Part shown: piece after piece, positions 51,399 to 64,000 of the stretch
Layout: each line of letters opens with the position of its first letter
How positions within the stretch are numbered: position 1 is the stretch's first letter
NCBI RefSeq assembly: GCF_018350175.1
Contig: NC_058368.1
Coordinates: 11,966,001-12,030,000 of the forward strand
DNA from: Felis catus
Taxonomy: Eukaryota
DNA: 64,000 nt
Direction: 5' to 3'
The notes under the pieces: generated by a model
The model's input: the letters and a program-made list of their open reading frames with translations, nothing else
Told to the model about the DNA's origin: nothing
Database searches by the model: none
Made by a program: the position numbers and the translations under genes

Positions 51399-52021
51399 AG
51401 GGAGAGATGAACACTGAGTTGGTCTTTTGGGATGTTTATGACTTGATTGTCACCAAAACTAATGGTCAAGCTAAGCGCCCCAAGAGGGGCCTCTATCCTT
51501 GCAAACCAAAGCCAGAGCATTTATCATGTTTCCTCCCCCTGTCCGGCTCCCACCCTCTGCCCCCACCACCTCTCTCACCACAGCAGAGAGGCTCCTGCTG
51601 AAGGAGGCAGATGCCGGCAGAGCTAGGACACGACTGAGACGGCTGTACCAGCTTCTCTCCCCATGTGGAAACATCTCTTCGACAACGGGGTTCTAACTCA
51701 TCGTGCTCTTTGAAAACTGCCGGGTGCCTGCAGGATCTCGCTGTGAGCGGAGTCCCGGAGTCTCGAACTACTGGGATCTAAAGAGGAAGCAGCAGGGGAG
51801 CAGAGAGCCCAGGGAAGATGGGTTTTCAGATGCCCGTGGAGGCTGGCTGGGACTCGGAGATCTGTGTGCGACAGGGCTGTGCACCCTGATGCCGGGGCGT
51901 GCTGCCTGCCCTCGGGGTTCAGGAAGGTCTGGCAGGAAAGTCAAAAAGCTAAGTCTATAGCGTCGCTCTTCAACTCATGGAGTAACGTTTGGTAGGCAGG
52001 GGAAGCAGAAAAGCAGGAGCA

Positions 52022-52248
52022 GGGGCGCCTGGGTGGCGCAGTCGGTTAAGCGTCCGACTTCAGCCAGGTCACGATCTCGCGGTCCGTGAGTTCGAGCCCC
52101 GCGTCAGGCTCTGGGCTGATGGCTCGAAGCCTGGAGCCTGTTTCCGAATCTGTGTCTCCCTCTCTCTCTGCCCCACCCCCGTTCATGCTCTGTCTCTCTC
52201 TGTCCCAAAAATAAATAAACGTTGAAAAAAAAAAATTAAAAAAAAAAA
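52022..52248 (+). mobile_element. Very young SINEC_Fc
   Basis: Near-consensus; perfect 15-bp TSD AGAAAAGCAGGAGCA at 52007-52021 and 52249-52263. Confidence 0.98.
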
Positions 52249-52589
52249 AGAAAAGCAGGAGCAATTCCTTCCTGGACATTCTTCTAATCAATAAAGCAGG
52301 TGAATCTAAGTCCTATAAATATGTACTTCCCACCAAGGGAGAAAAAATACAGCCCTTCAATATTTTGGTTTTCCTTGAATTAGCCCTTATGCAAAGCAGT
52401 TGCTCCCCTCTGCCATGAGAACCTATTCACCCCAGAGTCTGCTTTCTAATGAACCTTCCAGAGGCCCTAGATTTGAATTTCAAAGAGCTTTCTGAAGGGT
52501 CCAGAGCTGTATCTTTACATGTAGAAACATTCAGAACAGAAAAGAGCATGGAGATAATTATTTTTCTCATCATCTGTACAAAAAAGTCC

Positions 52590-52730
52590 TTTTCTCAGCT
52601 TTATTGAGATATAATTGACAAATAAAAATTGTATACGTTTAAGCTGTACAGTGTGATGTTTTGATACACACATACTTGTGAAATGTTTACCACAATCAAA
52701 CTAACACATCCATCACCTCCCATAGTTACC

Positions 52731-52768
<38 letters not shown>

Positions 52769-52825
52769 ATTTAAGATCTACTCTCTTAGCAAACATCAAG
52801 CATATAATATAGTATTATTAACTGT
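52590..52825 (-). mobile_element. L1MA-type 3' end containing a (TG)n microsatellite
   Basis: CAGCTTTATTGAGATATAATTGACAAATAAAAATTGTATA...ACATTTAAGATCTACTCTCTTAGCAAA. Confidence 0.88.
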
Positions 52826-55242
52826 CTGTGCAAATAACTTCTAAAATCTCCTGTGGTTCAGGGTCACGGCCAAGGTTGGACAGGGAATGAGTAGGAATGA
52901 AGGCTTAGATTACCTCATAAGAGCACCGTGCTCATTAAACTCCTGCTTTCAGAGTCAAAGAAGGAAGGTGTGGGGGTGGGGATGCCGTCTGGGACTCAGA
53001 AGGAAGGGGGAGGAGAAAGTCAGTGACTCCTGCATGTACCTACGCCTTCATGGTCAGACCTTATAACTGAGCTGCTTGAATGAGCCTGGGGGATGTGCTG
53101 GGCTCCATGAGGTTTAAAGGTGCGGTCTTTTCCACCTGATCTCAGAATCTGGCTGAGGAGCAGAGTGAGGACACCAACTCTTGGAATACACGGAATGCTG
53201 TGTTATAATGGAAGTTTCTAAAGTGCTCTGGGAAGCCAGAGGAAGGCGAGAGCAACAGTGTCTGGGGCCAGCGGGAAGGTTTCACGGAGGAAGCCGCAGC
53301 AGGAGGAAGAGGCACAGCCGGGAGGAAGGCGGGTTTTTGCAGGAGGTGGTCACCCAAGCCTGCTCTCTCCTCTGAGAGGGTGAACTCAGAGACGCCAAGA
53401 GGCACAGAACTCTTCTGGAATTCACCAGAGGCCTGAAATAAACTCAGGATACTACTGGCATTCGGAGACTGCCGTGAACTATAAATAGAGAGTAGAGAAG
53501 ATGTTCAGAATATTTTCTGAATGTGGAGGAAACTCATAGATGTTCCCGGCTTTGAGGCTGTCCCCCGAGAGCTGGGGCAGGGTAGGATCCATTGAATGAC
53601 AGCCTTCCTTTCACAGGGAGCCTAAGGAGCTTGACAGCCCCAGAAGACTTGCTCAGAGCTTAGCGCTCAATGCTCTGCATCCGTGTGACTGTGGGGCGAA
53701 CAGAGACCACACGGGGGGCAGAAGCCGCTCTGGGATGCCAATCAGCCGGTGCAGCTCACTGGCTTCTCAACAGCTTAAAAATAATGCTTCATTATGACTC
53801 ATACTCTTTGTATAGGAAAATCCAAAGAAAACAATTTGGGGGGGCTTTCTGCATTTTCCAGAAAAAGGAATCTTAGGGTGAAAGAAGCAGATGAGGTTTC
53901 TGACCCTATTTTCTCCCTGGCCTCAGTTTCCTCATCCATACCAGGAGGAGGCGGGGCCGGTGGAGCACAAACTCTTTTTCCTGCTGAGACATTTTCTTAG
54001 TCTGAGCGATACGCAGACCAGCAGCTGTTTGCAATTACTCAGCCAGGCAGTCAGAGGATGTTCTCTCCCCACCATGTTTCTGCATCTGCCAAACTGAATT
54101 CTTTTTTGGGCAACATCTGTTCTTATTTCCCATGTGATGTTGTCCCAGTTGACCACAAAAATAATTACATACTTATTCTGAAGTAATCAGTTCATTGAAA
54201 TCCCTTTCAACAAGATAGCAGATTTCACTGGGAGAAGTGACATGTCAGGAACAGAGTTCCTTCTGGGGGCCGCAAATCAGGGACCTTACCGGTGCCCTTG
54301 TCTTTGGGGGTGGTGGGGAGAGGCAGAGGTGACTGCTGTTTGGAGTCGTGCTAGACCTAAAATATCAGCCTCTTTTCCCTCCCTTGGAGCTGAGCTGTGG
54401 GAGGGCTGCTCACAGACGGTGAGCCAACCCTTATATAAAGTTCATGGCAACATAGGTAAAGGAGCAGAGGACTTTCTTACGGCAAGAGTAACACGATTAC
54501 GTATATTCTATTTCCTTTGTTATCTACTTAAAAGTTCTCAAGTAAGCCAGTAGTAAAAAAATAAAAATAAAATAAAATAAAATAATAAAATGTGCCCGAG
54601 ACAAACTCATCTCTTGATCCCTTGAACCTAGTATGAATAAAGGTTTTGGGTCAAAGGGTGATAATAGGAAAATAAGATTCACAGTCACTTTAAGGAAGTG
54701 AGTGAAGGTTTGTAGAGCAGAAAATAACACTGGAAAGGCAGACCAGGTGTTAGATCTTTGATGACCTTGTATGACACGTTGAGCCTCTGTACTACATTTT
54801 ATGGAAAATCATTGGAAGGATCTGAACATCTGGTTTAATTGGATTTCACAATCTTCCTTATCTCAGCCTGCCCCCACTTTGAGGGGACAGAACACAATGT
54901 ATCATCTATCCCTGGCATATATTGTTCTGAGCTCTACATACTTCCCTTTCCTTCCTCAAATGATGGTCTTGCATAAATGTTTTCCAGGAAACTGAAAGTT
55001 TTCTGGGTTTGGGGGGGGGGACTGCTAAACCTTTTAAAGTCAGTAATTATGGAACTTGTCTGTATTCATTTATTCAGTGAACTATATATTAAACACCTGC
55101 TATATGTCAGATGATATTCTAGGTTCTAGTAACACAATGAGTAAATCATAGTTCCAGACCTCAAGGATCTTAACTGTGGAGGGAGATGCTAAAAGGTATA
55201 TTTCTTATAATGTAGTAAATGAGATAGAAATAAGCACCAGGA

Positions 55243-55470
55243 ACGGGGCGCCTGGGTGGGTTAGTTTGTTAAGTATCCGACTTCAACTCAGCTCATGATC
55301 TCATGGTTTACCAGGTGGAGCCCCACTTCCGGCTCTGTGCTGACAGCTCAGAGCCTGGAGCCTGCTTCCTATTCTGTGTCTTCCTCTCTGTCTCTGCCCC
55401 TTCCCTTCCCTGCTCCTACTCTCTCTTTCTCTCAAAAATAAATAAAAACCATTAAAAAAAAAAGAAAGAA
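55243..55470 (+). mobile_element. Can-SINE inside an L2 (~55060-55700, minus strand)
   Basis: TSD AGAAA(T/G)AAGCACCAGGA at 55226-55242 and 55471-55487. Confidence 0.94.
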
Positions 55471-55749
55471 AGAAAGAAGCACCAGGATCTGTGGGATTAT
55501 AGAGGTTCAAGGGAAAGGCTTCTTAGAGAAGATGAAACAGGCCTGTGGGTTAATGGATAGCCAAGAGTTAAGTAAACAGGTCAAGAGGGGCGCAGGAGCA
55601 TTTCAGGTACAGGGATCAGTTTGGTGTGTCCAGTTTGGTGTTATGAGAACGGAATGCTCCAGAGAGAGGGGAGCAAAAGTCAAACTGTTATAGCTGGGAA
55701 CTGAGGAACCAGAGGAAATGGAGACAGAGAGGGAATAGCTTATTTTAAT

Positions 55750-58400
55750 GACCATGCTGCTTCTAGAAATACGTAAAACAGGATAATCTCCAATCCTTCT
55801 GCAAATATCCAGAAATTCTGGACAAAATACACCAAAGATTCTTCTGAATGACTGAGGAGCTTTGAGAAAACGAGAGGACATTCTCTGGTTCTAGAAACAG
55901 AAGGAACTGAAAATCAGACTGGTAAGCTTTTGCTTTATTCCTTGGATTAGAGAAGAGCACAGAACAGGTGGGCAGTCTGTGTAGTCTAGGAACTTGCATT
56001 TTAAGGCCCACATGGCAACAGGCCATGTGACCATAAGCTGATAAAAAAAGACCTGGAGCTGAACCAACCCTCTCCTTCAATCCACATGCTCAAGAGGCTA
56101 TCTACCCTCAGTGAAAGGGGACTAGGAAAATTTGTGCTCTGGCACAGAAAGATAACAGATAGCTTGTTTGTCTTTGGTTGGAAAAAAGAGATCCCCCTTC
56201 CCTCTTCCTCCAAATTAATAATCGCAGGGCTGTGCTTCATCAGAGTTTTGGGTAGTAAGTTGATACTACTCATATGGTCCAGCAGCAGCCAAACCAAACA
56301 TTTTCCATAAAAATGGTTTCCAGATTAGGGATACAGTGAGGACTCTTTGCAGGAATGAATGGAAAATTCTTCTGAAGGGGACATGTTCTCCCACACAGGA
56401 CATAAAAGTTTGTATAGCAGAGACAACAAAAATCAGGTTAGACCCCTAAGAGCTTTCTTTAGATAATTAAATGACAATATATTAAGGATAATATAAAATA
56501 AATGTATTTAAGTGATTAAATACAAAGTGATTAAATACAAAGAAGGGTTTAAAGTCATAACAAGACAATATGTGAAAATATTGGCAGATTTGAAAGACTC
56601 ACAAAGAACTTTTAGAAAAAAAGTCATTGGAAAAATTTAACGAGTAAACAGCAATAGTATTCGACACCACTGAACAGAGAAAGAGTCAAGTGGAAGATTC
56701 ACCTGAAGAGATTTCCAAGGATGCAGCACAGAGATAAAGAGAGATAGAGAGAGAGATACGTAAGTGATGTTAAGAATCATGGAGGATAGAATGAGAACAT
56801 ACAAACTATGTCTATCAAGAGTTGTCACAGGAAAAATAGAGTAAAAGGATAAGCAATATTAGAAGAGCTAATGACTTTGAAGTTCCTTGAACTGACAAAA
56901 GATACAGGTTCAAGGAGCACAATCATTCCTGAAGGAAAAGACATACAATGCCACTTCTGGACAAATGATTTTTGAAGATTTCAAAGATTTTTGAGGATTT
57001 CAAAGACAAGAAAAGATTCAAAGAAACCAGAGAAAAAGACAGATTTCTTAAAAAGGAATAAAGTTGGAATTTTCATAGACTTCACAACAATATAAACCAA
57101 AAGATAATGGAATGATATTTTCAAAATCTGAGTGTCAGCCTAGAATTCTCTTTCTAATTAAATTCTCCTTTAAGAGTGAGGATGAAATAGAGACATTTTT
57201 AAGTTCAAAAGTTGGAGGACTTACTACTTTTAGGGAATGAAATGCTGAAGAATGTACTTTAAGAAGGCAATGCATTTAAGTTGTATGTAAGTGATGAATC
57301 ATGGGAATCTACCCCCAAAACCGAGAGCACACTATATACCCTGTATGTTAGCCAACTTGACAATAAATTATGTTAAAAAATAAAAATTAAAAAAAAGAGA
57401 GAAGACAATGCAACCCAAAAGAAAACAGTAAAATCATGAAGTAATTGTGAGCGCAGAACCTGGTAACATGCAGGTAAATTTAAACGAGTATTGACGAATG
57501 ATAGTGACCAATTCAGGTGCTAAAAACAAAAACAAAAAACTACCAATAATGTCAGCATGGAAGATGAGAACAGAGTAATTAGAGTTAAACTGTTTTAAGG
57601 TGTTCATATTTTGGAGACAAAGGAAGAGAAGTTGATTATTTTAAACTTTGTTAGGTCAACTGCGTGTATTAAAAATTTAAGAGTTACTACTGAAAGAATG
57701 TGAATAGAATGTTTAAGTTTCAAACTGGTAGAGACAGAAAAAACAATATAAGGAAAATATAGTTAATCAAATAGCAGGCAGGAAAGAAGAAGAAATAAGC
57801 CATGAAAGAGCAGGGTATATAGAACATATAAAATAAGGTGATAGAAATAAATCAAATATATGTGATCTGAACTGTTGCGCATGAATTAAAAAGGATAGAT
57901 TATTAGGAGAGTGAGGGGTAAAATCCAGCTATAGCCTAATTCTGTGACACACATCTAAAACATAATTAATTACACAGAGCAAAAATGAAGAGATGGGAAA
58001 TAGCTGTCAAGCAAATGCAAGAGAAAAGAATATATGGCCATATAAATATTAGATGAAACCAAGTTAAAGGCAAAAACCTCGCTGTTAATAACAAATAAGT
58101 TACAGCATAATGCTAAAGGAACAGTTCAGTGGGAAGATATACAAATTCTTAAATGGGTACAAAAAATGGTGTGAAAAGATACCATCTACACCAGCGTTTA
58201 GTTATATGGCCTCAAAATACAGAAAGCAAAAATGGACAGAATTATAAGGAGAAATCCACAACCATGGTGAAATATATCATAGTAAACTTTTCTCGGTAAC
58301 TTATCAAGTAGACCGCAGATGCAATATTTTAACAACATAATTAGCAAGATTGATATAACACACATACACGGAACTCTGTGTACTCAGCATTTAAGAGCCA
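55750..58400 (+). mobile_element. Ancient L1M 5' region (decayed ORF1 and ORF2 endonuclease region)
   Basis: A-rich, with ORF1-like TGTCAGCCTAGAATTCTCTTTCTAATTAAATTCTCCTTTAAGAGTGAG (QPRIL..KFSFKSE) and EN-like ATAATGCTAAAGGAACAGTTCAGTGGGAAGATATACAAATTCTTAAAT. Confidence 0.75.
57275..57399 (+). mobile_element. Severely 5'-truncated (~125 bp) cat-type L1 tail
   Basis: GTTGTATGTAAGTGATGAATCATGGGAATCTACCCCCAAAACC...GCCAACTTGACAATAAATT plus A tail; TSD AGAAG(G/A)CAATGCA at 57262-57274 and 57400-57412. Confidence 0.92.
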
Positions 58401-58419
58401 ATGCGAATTCAGCTTTACC

Positions 58420-58612
58420 CATTCTGAAGAGAACAAAGCCTCAGAGGGCATGTACAGTGGAGAGAACTTAGAGCAGGAGTGAGGAGGACAACTCTTTTGC
58501 TAGTGTGGCCCCGAACCTCAGGACTGCCATGTGAGAGAAGACTGCTTTATTCTTTAAGCCACCGTATTCTTTGGGGTGTCTATTGCAACAGTTTAGCATT
58601 CTACCCTAATCA
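58420..58612 (+). mobile_element. MLT1 LTR 3' fragment
   Basis: ATGTGAGAGAAGACTGCTTTATTCTTTAAGCCACCGTATTCTTTGGGGTGTCTATTGCAACAG resembles old MLT1 3' ends. Confidence 0.6.
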
Positions 58613-58629
58613 ACGGAAGTTCTATCAGA

Positions 58630-61600
58630 CATTCTTTTTTAATTTTAAAATAATTTTAGATTTATAGAGAAGGTAAATAACAGCACCAAGTTTCCACATG
58701 CCCTTCGCTCAGGTTCCCCTAATATTAACGGTTTTACATATCTGTAATACAATTATGGAAACTAGGAAATTAACATTGGTACAATACTATAAATGAATCT
58801 GGAGACCTTATAAGAAATTCTCCCATTTGTCCCCTAATATCCTTTTTCTGCTCCAGATTCAATCCCAGATTGCATTAACTGTCTTCTTTTTTTTCAAATT
58901 TTAATTCCAGCATAGTTAACATTCAGTGTTAAATTAGTTTCCGATGTACAGTATAGTGACTCAACACTTTATGTTACTAGGCACTCATCATCTCATCATG
59001 ATAAGTGTACTCTTAATTCCCTTTCATGTATTTCGCCCATTCAATTCATCCCCTTCACCCACACTCCGACTCAGTTAGCATTATATTGTGACATATTTGT
59101 TATAACAATGAGGTTTTGGCCTTTAACTTGGCTTCATCTAGTATTGAAATGGCCATGTATTCTTTTCTCTTGCATTTGCTTGGCACCTATTTCTCATCTC
59201 TTCACTTTTGCGCTGTGTAATTAATTGTGTTTTAGATGTGTGTCACGGAGTTAGGCTTTAGCTGGATTTTACCCCACACTCCCCTAATAATCTTTCCTCC
59301 CCACATTTTAGGTATATGGTGTCATACTGTATATACTTTTATTTTGTGAATCCCTTCATCGGGTTTTAATTTTACTGCTTTTGTGCTTCCTATTTTTCTT
59401 ACTCCTATTTATGGTCTTTCCTTTCTACTCATACTCCCCTTGACCATTTCTTGTAGGGCTGGCTTTGTGGCCATGGATTCCTTTGACTTTTGTTTGTGTG
59501 GGAAACTCTTTATCTCTCCTATTCTGAATGATAGTCCTGCTGGATAAAGTATTGTTGGCTGCAGGTTTTTTTTCTTTTAGTCCTTTGAATATATCATGTC
59601 ACTCCCTTCTAGCCTGCAAAGTTTCTGCTGAAAAACCGGCTGCTAGCCTTATGGGGGTTTCCTGTGTGTGTAACTATTTTCTTTCCTCTTTATACTTTTG
59701 AAATTCTCTCTTTATCACTGCTTTTTGCCATTTTAATTACTATGTGTCTTGGTGTGGACCTCCTAGTGTTGATTTTTTGGGGGACTCTCTGGGCCTCCTG
59801 GACCTGAATTTCTGTTTCCTTTCCCAGTTTTGGGAAGTTTTCCACTATTATTTCTTCAAATAATATTTCTGTCTTTTCTATTTCTGGGATCCCTATAATG
59901 CAAGTGTTATTATGCTTGATGGTATTACTGAGTTCCCTAAGTTTTTGTTTTTTTGTTTTTTCTTTTCTTTCTCCTGTTCAGCTTGATTGCTTTCTCTACT
60001 CTGTCCTCCAGGTCACTGATCTGTTCTTCAGCTTCTTCTGGTCTACTATTGATTTCATCTAGTATATTTTTAATTTCAGTTATTGAGTTCTTCATCTCTG
60101 ATTGGTTATTTTTTTATAAATAACCCTCTTTGTTGAGGGTCCCACTGAGGTCCCCCAGTCTTTTCTAAAGTCCAGTGAATCTTTATGACCATTAATTTAA
60201 ATTATCTATCATTACTTTCAATTCTTACCTCCATTTTGTTTAGCTCTCTTGCTGTGATTTTGTCCTAGTCTTTCATTTTGGACACACTACTCTGTCTCCT
60301 CATTTTGTCTAACTCTCTATACCTGTTTCTATATGTTAGGAAAGTCAGCTATGTCTCCTACTCCTGAAAGTAATGGCCTTACGAAGAAGAGTTTCTGTAG
60401 TGCCCTGCAATGCAGTGTCTGTCCCCTGTTCACTAAAACCTGGCACTTCAGGGTGTCTCTTATGTGTGTCGTGTGTGCTCTGCTGTTGTGGCTGAGTCAC
60501 TTTTGCCTTTGGTCCAATCATCTGCAATGGCTCTCTTTGCCTGTTGTAGACAAGGTTTGGTCCCTGTGTTGTTAGTGGGCCAGCTGGGGACCACTTTGGG
60601 CTTGAGTTGAGTCAGATCGGGCCTTTGCCAGAGATGCGGTAGCACCAAACTGTGGGGCACGTTCCCTGCGTTGTCCCCAGAGAGGCTTTTGTTGGTGGGC
60701 AGGGCCTGCAGTCAGACCAGATGTCTGCTCCCAGTCCCCTGCTGGAAGTACAGTACTACTGGTGTGTGTAGTTACCTTCCGCTCTCCCTGGACAGTCACT
60801 GAGGAGTGGTGTTGGCCTCTCTCAGGGCTTCTTATACACTGTCAGGCTTGTAGCATCGTTTTGGATGGGGTCTGGAGGGGACAGGTGCACAGGAGAATGG
60901 GGGGCAGGACACTTGGTACTAGCAAGGTCCTGCAGCTGCCTGGGAAAACTCCTGCCTGAGGTTAGGCAGGTTGGAGGGGGGTGATCTGCAGAAGCGTGTT
61001 GGAGGCGGGGCTGTGGTATAAGCAAGTTAGGTGGAGAGTGTTGGCGCTGGTTCCCACAGTGTCTGTGTGTCTACACTTGGGGGTGAGAGGGGGGAAATGG
61101 CACCCACCAGCTCCTTTGATCTTGGAGAAGTCTCCCAGTGATCCCTGCCTCTCCAGCACATGCTCTGAGATTAGTAAACAAATCTCCCTCTCTAATAGCT
61201 TAGATGTTTTTCAAGCTCCTGCTTCTATGCTGTATCTCAGAAGGGTTGTTTATTGTGCTGTCTGTTTAAGGTTGGGGACCTAGTTAACTCTAGGTTAACT
61301 CTAGAGCTGAGTCTGCTGGTTTTTAAAGTTCCAGGTGTTAAGTCCTGAAGATTTGTAAGAACTCATGAGGTTAAACCCCTTTGGCTTTCAAAGCCAAATG
61401 TTATGGGGATTCATTTTCCCCGTGTGGGTTCTCCATGGCTAGAGTGCCTACTCCTCTCCCCTCTCCACACCTGCCATGTCCCTCCCTCCCCTGGATAATC
61501 CAGAGGGGCCATTTAGCTCCCAACCATGGCTCTACCCCTCCTGCCCTCCTTGATGTGGCCTCCTCTTTACATTCAGCTGTGGAGAGTCCACTCTGCCGGT

Positions 61601-62110
61601 TGTTTTCTGGGTTATTTACACTGATGTGGGTGTTATCTAGTTGTATTTGTGGGATGAGATGAGATTAGGGTGCTCCTCCTTTCCCATCTTACCTGGAAGT
61701 CTTTTGTATTTTCCTATTTTTGACAATTTCTCAGCCTTCCTTTGTCTTTCATGACCTTGACTCTTTTGAAGAATACTGGCCAATTTTTTAGAGTGTTCTT
61801 CAATTTGAAATTTTTATATCTTCCTCACGACTAGATTGAGATTATGATTTTTTGACAAGAATACTACAGAAATGATACTGTAATCATTTCTTAATGCATC
61901 ATATCAGGAGGTGCACATTGTTGACAAGTCTTTTTCCTGCTGATGTTGACTTAGTTACTTGTTTAAGGTCACATCTGCCAAATTTCCCACTGCCAGGTCA
62001 TTCTTTTCCTCTTGTGATGAATAAATATCTTATGGGGAGATACATTAAGACCATGTAAATATACTGTTTCTCATCATACTTTTAGCCAGAAATTTTAGCA
62101 TCTGTAGATA
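58630..62110 (-). mobile_element. L1MC-type 3' end split by a carnivore L1
   Basis: GGAAATTAACATTGGTACAATACTAT...CCCAGATTGCATTAACTGTC stops at ~58882 and resumes at TGACAATTTCTCAGCCTTCCTTTGTCTTTCATGACCTTGAC near 61720. Confidence 0.82.
58885..61703 (-). mobile_element. Carnivore L1 with 5' UTR, ORF1 and 3' tail but essentially no ORF2 (rearranged)
   Basis: 5' end (reverse complement) ACTTCCAGGTAAGATGGGAAAGGAGGAGCACCCTAATCTCATCTC; ORF1 C-terminus LQPTILYPAGLSFRIGEIKSFPHKQK near 59450-59570; 3' tail TTTTAATTCCAGCATAGTTAACATTCAGTGTT at ~58900. Confidence 0.88.
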
Positions 62111-62413
62111 ATTTTTGTTTTTATAGGAGGGTTTTCTTTTGGGCTGGCATCTACACAGGGTGAACCCACGTTCCTCAGCCAAAGGGTGAAGGAACTAGCT
62201 GCTCCTCCTGGTGGGCTGGGCAAGTGGCCAGAGCAGGCAGCACAGACTCTCAGACTGCAGGACCTGACATGAGTAAGAGGCCACGGTCTGGGTGGCCAAA
62301 ACACGAGGGGAAGTATGGCCAGTGAGGAGTTATAAGCTGCTTGAGGACCAAGTTTGTCCCCTTCATCATGGTTGTAACCCAGGCTTAACACAATGGCTGG
62401 ACATGGTAATGCT

Positions 62414-62560
62414 TGTTATGGGCTGAATTGTATCCTCCCTTCAAATTCAAATGTTGAAGCCTTAATCTCAAGAACGGGGCCTGGCGTTTTGCACATCTGA
62501 CAAGCTCCCAAGAGAAGCAGCAGGTCCAAGGACCACCCTGGGTAGCAAAACTTTGGAATG
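62414..62560 (+). mobile_element. MLT1B/C 5' stub fused to a MER5A fragment
   Basis: TGTTATGGGCTGAATTGTATCCTCCC..AAATGTTGAAGCCTTAA, then ACAAGCTCCCAAG..GGTCCAAGGACCACCCTGGGTAGCAA. Confidence 0.65.
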
Positions 62561-64000
62561 CCTTAGAGTCCTAGAGTGCTGAGGCTTGCTTTTGAATTGA
62601 AAGATCTTTAGTAATTTCAGAGGAAGATGGGGAAACTTATTCGAGTTCAATTCAGCAACTACTTTGAGCACTTTGTAGATGCAAAGCCTGTGGAGTAGCC
62701 CCAGGAGGGCCAGTGACAGCTCCTCAAGGAAGAAGGGAGACCATGCAAGACAGTCTGTCCTGACTGCCAGGCCCCCTATAGTCTGAGGAAAGCCAGTTTT
62801 ATTCCACTGCAGGTATAAAAGATGAGGCTTGCCCATCAGTCATGTAGGGCCGCTAGGGAGACAACTTTTTCATCAAAGCTTAAGAAAAATAAGATTAGTT
62901 TTTGAAAAGAGTGGGAGGCAGCTGAGAGTTATTTGTTGATGTCAGTGGCCTTGGAAATTCTAAATGAGATTCTCTTTCATTTTGCTGCCCTTGGGTCGGG
63001 CTCCTTCTGTGGAAGCATCGTCTTCTTCCTGCGACCTGCCTGTGAAGGCACCTGACTCAGGCTCTCTAGCGGTGGTCAAAGTCAAGCGTGCCTCCCCAGG
63101 CCCCAACCCCGTGTCATTTTAATATACTTTTCCCTCCACCCAACAATCAAGCCTCCTTCAGGAGCTGCGGTAAGGAACAATTTCTGTGCTCACAAAAATC
63201 AGTAACCTAGTTTTCACATGGCTCTTTGTCCAAAGCTCTAGGAAAACACTTTGCGATGGAAATTTGGCTGCGAGTCATTGCTGAGAATTACAAAATGGTG
63301 GGATTATTATTATTATTTATTAATCAACCTATAAATAGCCTCAAAAAAAAATCCAGGTGACTCAGCCTGAGAGGAATGAAACTGAGCTCCGTTTGCCTTC
63401 TTTAGTGAAACCTACCCCCAGACCAGGAGGCTGGAATGGTGTGGGCCAAACCTGGGAGAGGGTCTGTTGGACATCCTGTGGGGCAGAGGGCCTTGTGGGA
63501 GGTGGTGGGGAAGCTAGGATTTCTGTAGGGAATTATTTACAGAGGGTGTTGGGCCCATTGAGTTTTTCTTTGCTTCTTTTGATAGAAAGAACCCACACCC
63601 ATGACTTTTTACCTTTCTCCTGTTTTCCCCATGGCAGGATGTCATTTTCACAGGAGTAGAGCAAGTAGAAGGGTGGTTTCTCATCTCACTCATGCCAGAA
63701 GCCCCCACAGGGGTCCTAGCCCTGGAAATCCGAATGTTTGCCATCCTCCTCTGCCCCATGCTCTTTTAAAAAGCAGTTCCGAAACAGTCGGCTGGTCCTG
63801 GGCGTGTGCCAGGCTGCTCTCCCTTGGAAGCTGAGGGCCTCTAGGAGGGCCCCGCTGGCACCTCAGGGCATGGAGCCGAGAAGCGTTTACTGTTTCTGCT
63901 CTATCTTGTTCTCCAGCTTTATTGGGATACGACTGGCATGGAACGTTATGTAAGTTTAAGGCATATAGTATGTTGATTTGATAGGCTTATATATTATTGC

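Noticed and set aside
1..64000. Dispersed similar ~200-bp units as a possible array or new system
   Set aside because: They are irregularly spaced SINEs on both strands with individual TSDs; no repeat-spacer array or operon-like organisation is present.

Overview
Mammalian genomic DNA, almost certainly a felid (cat family): it carries many tRNA-derived Can-SINEs, including near-consensus cat-type (SINEC_Fc) copies, plus carnivore and cat L1s. The window reads as intergenic or deep intronic. I find no supportable protein-coding exon, RNA gene or CRISPR-like array. The only ORF-track entries with recognisable protein similarity are decayed L1/HAL1 ORF1 and ORF2 remnants. A large share of the window is interspersed repeat: about 25 SINEs (most with readable target-site duplications, TSDs), L1s of several ages, L2, MIR, MaLR LTRs and DNA transposons (MER44, MER82, MER5A, MER104/Kanga-like). 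Repeat family names come from recalled consensus sequences, not a RepeatMasker run, and the boundaries of old repeats are approximate. I did not find a convincing new biological system. The most unusual structure is a carnivore L1 (58.9-61.7 kb) whose ORF2 region is replaced by a ~218-bp inverted copy of DNA lying ~1 kb upstream. Also notable are a ~0.66-kb segment bracketed by a 23-bp direct repeat, a target site used twice by SINEs, and several repeat-free islands that may be conserved regulatory elements.
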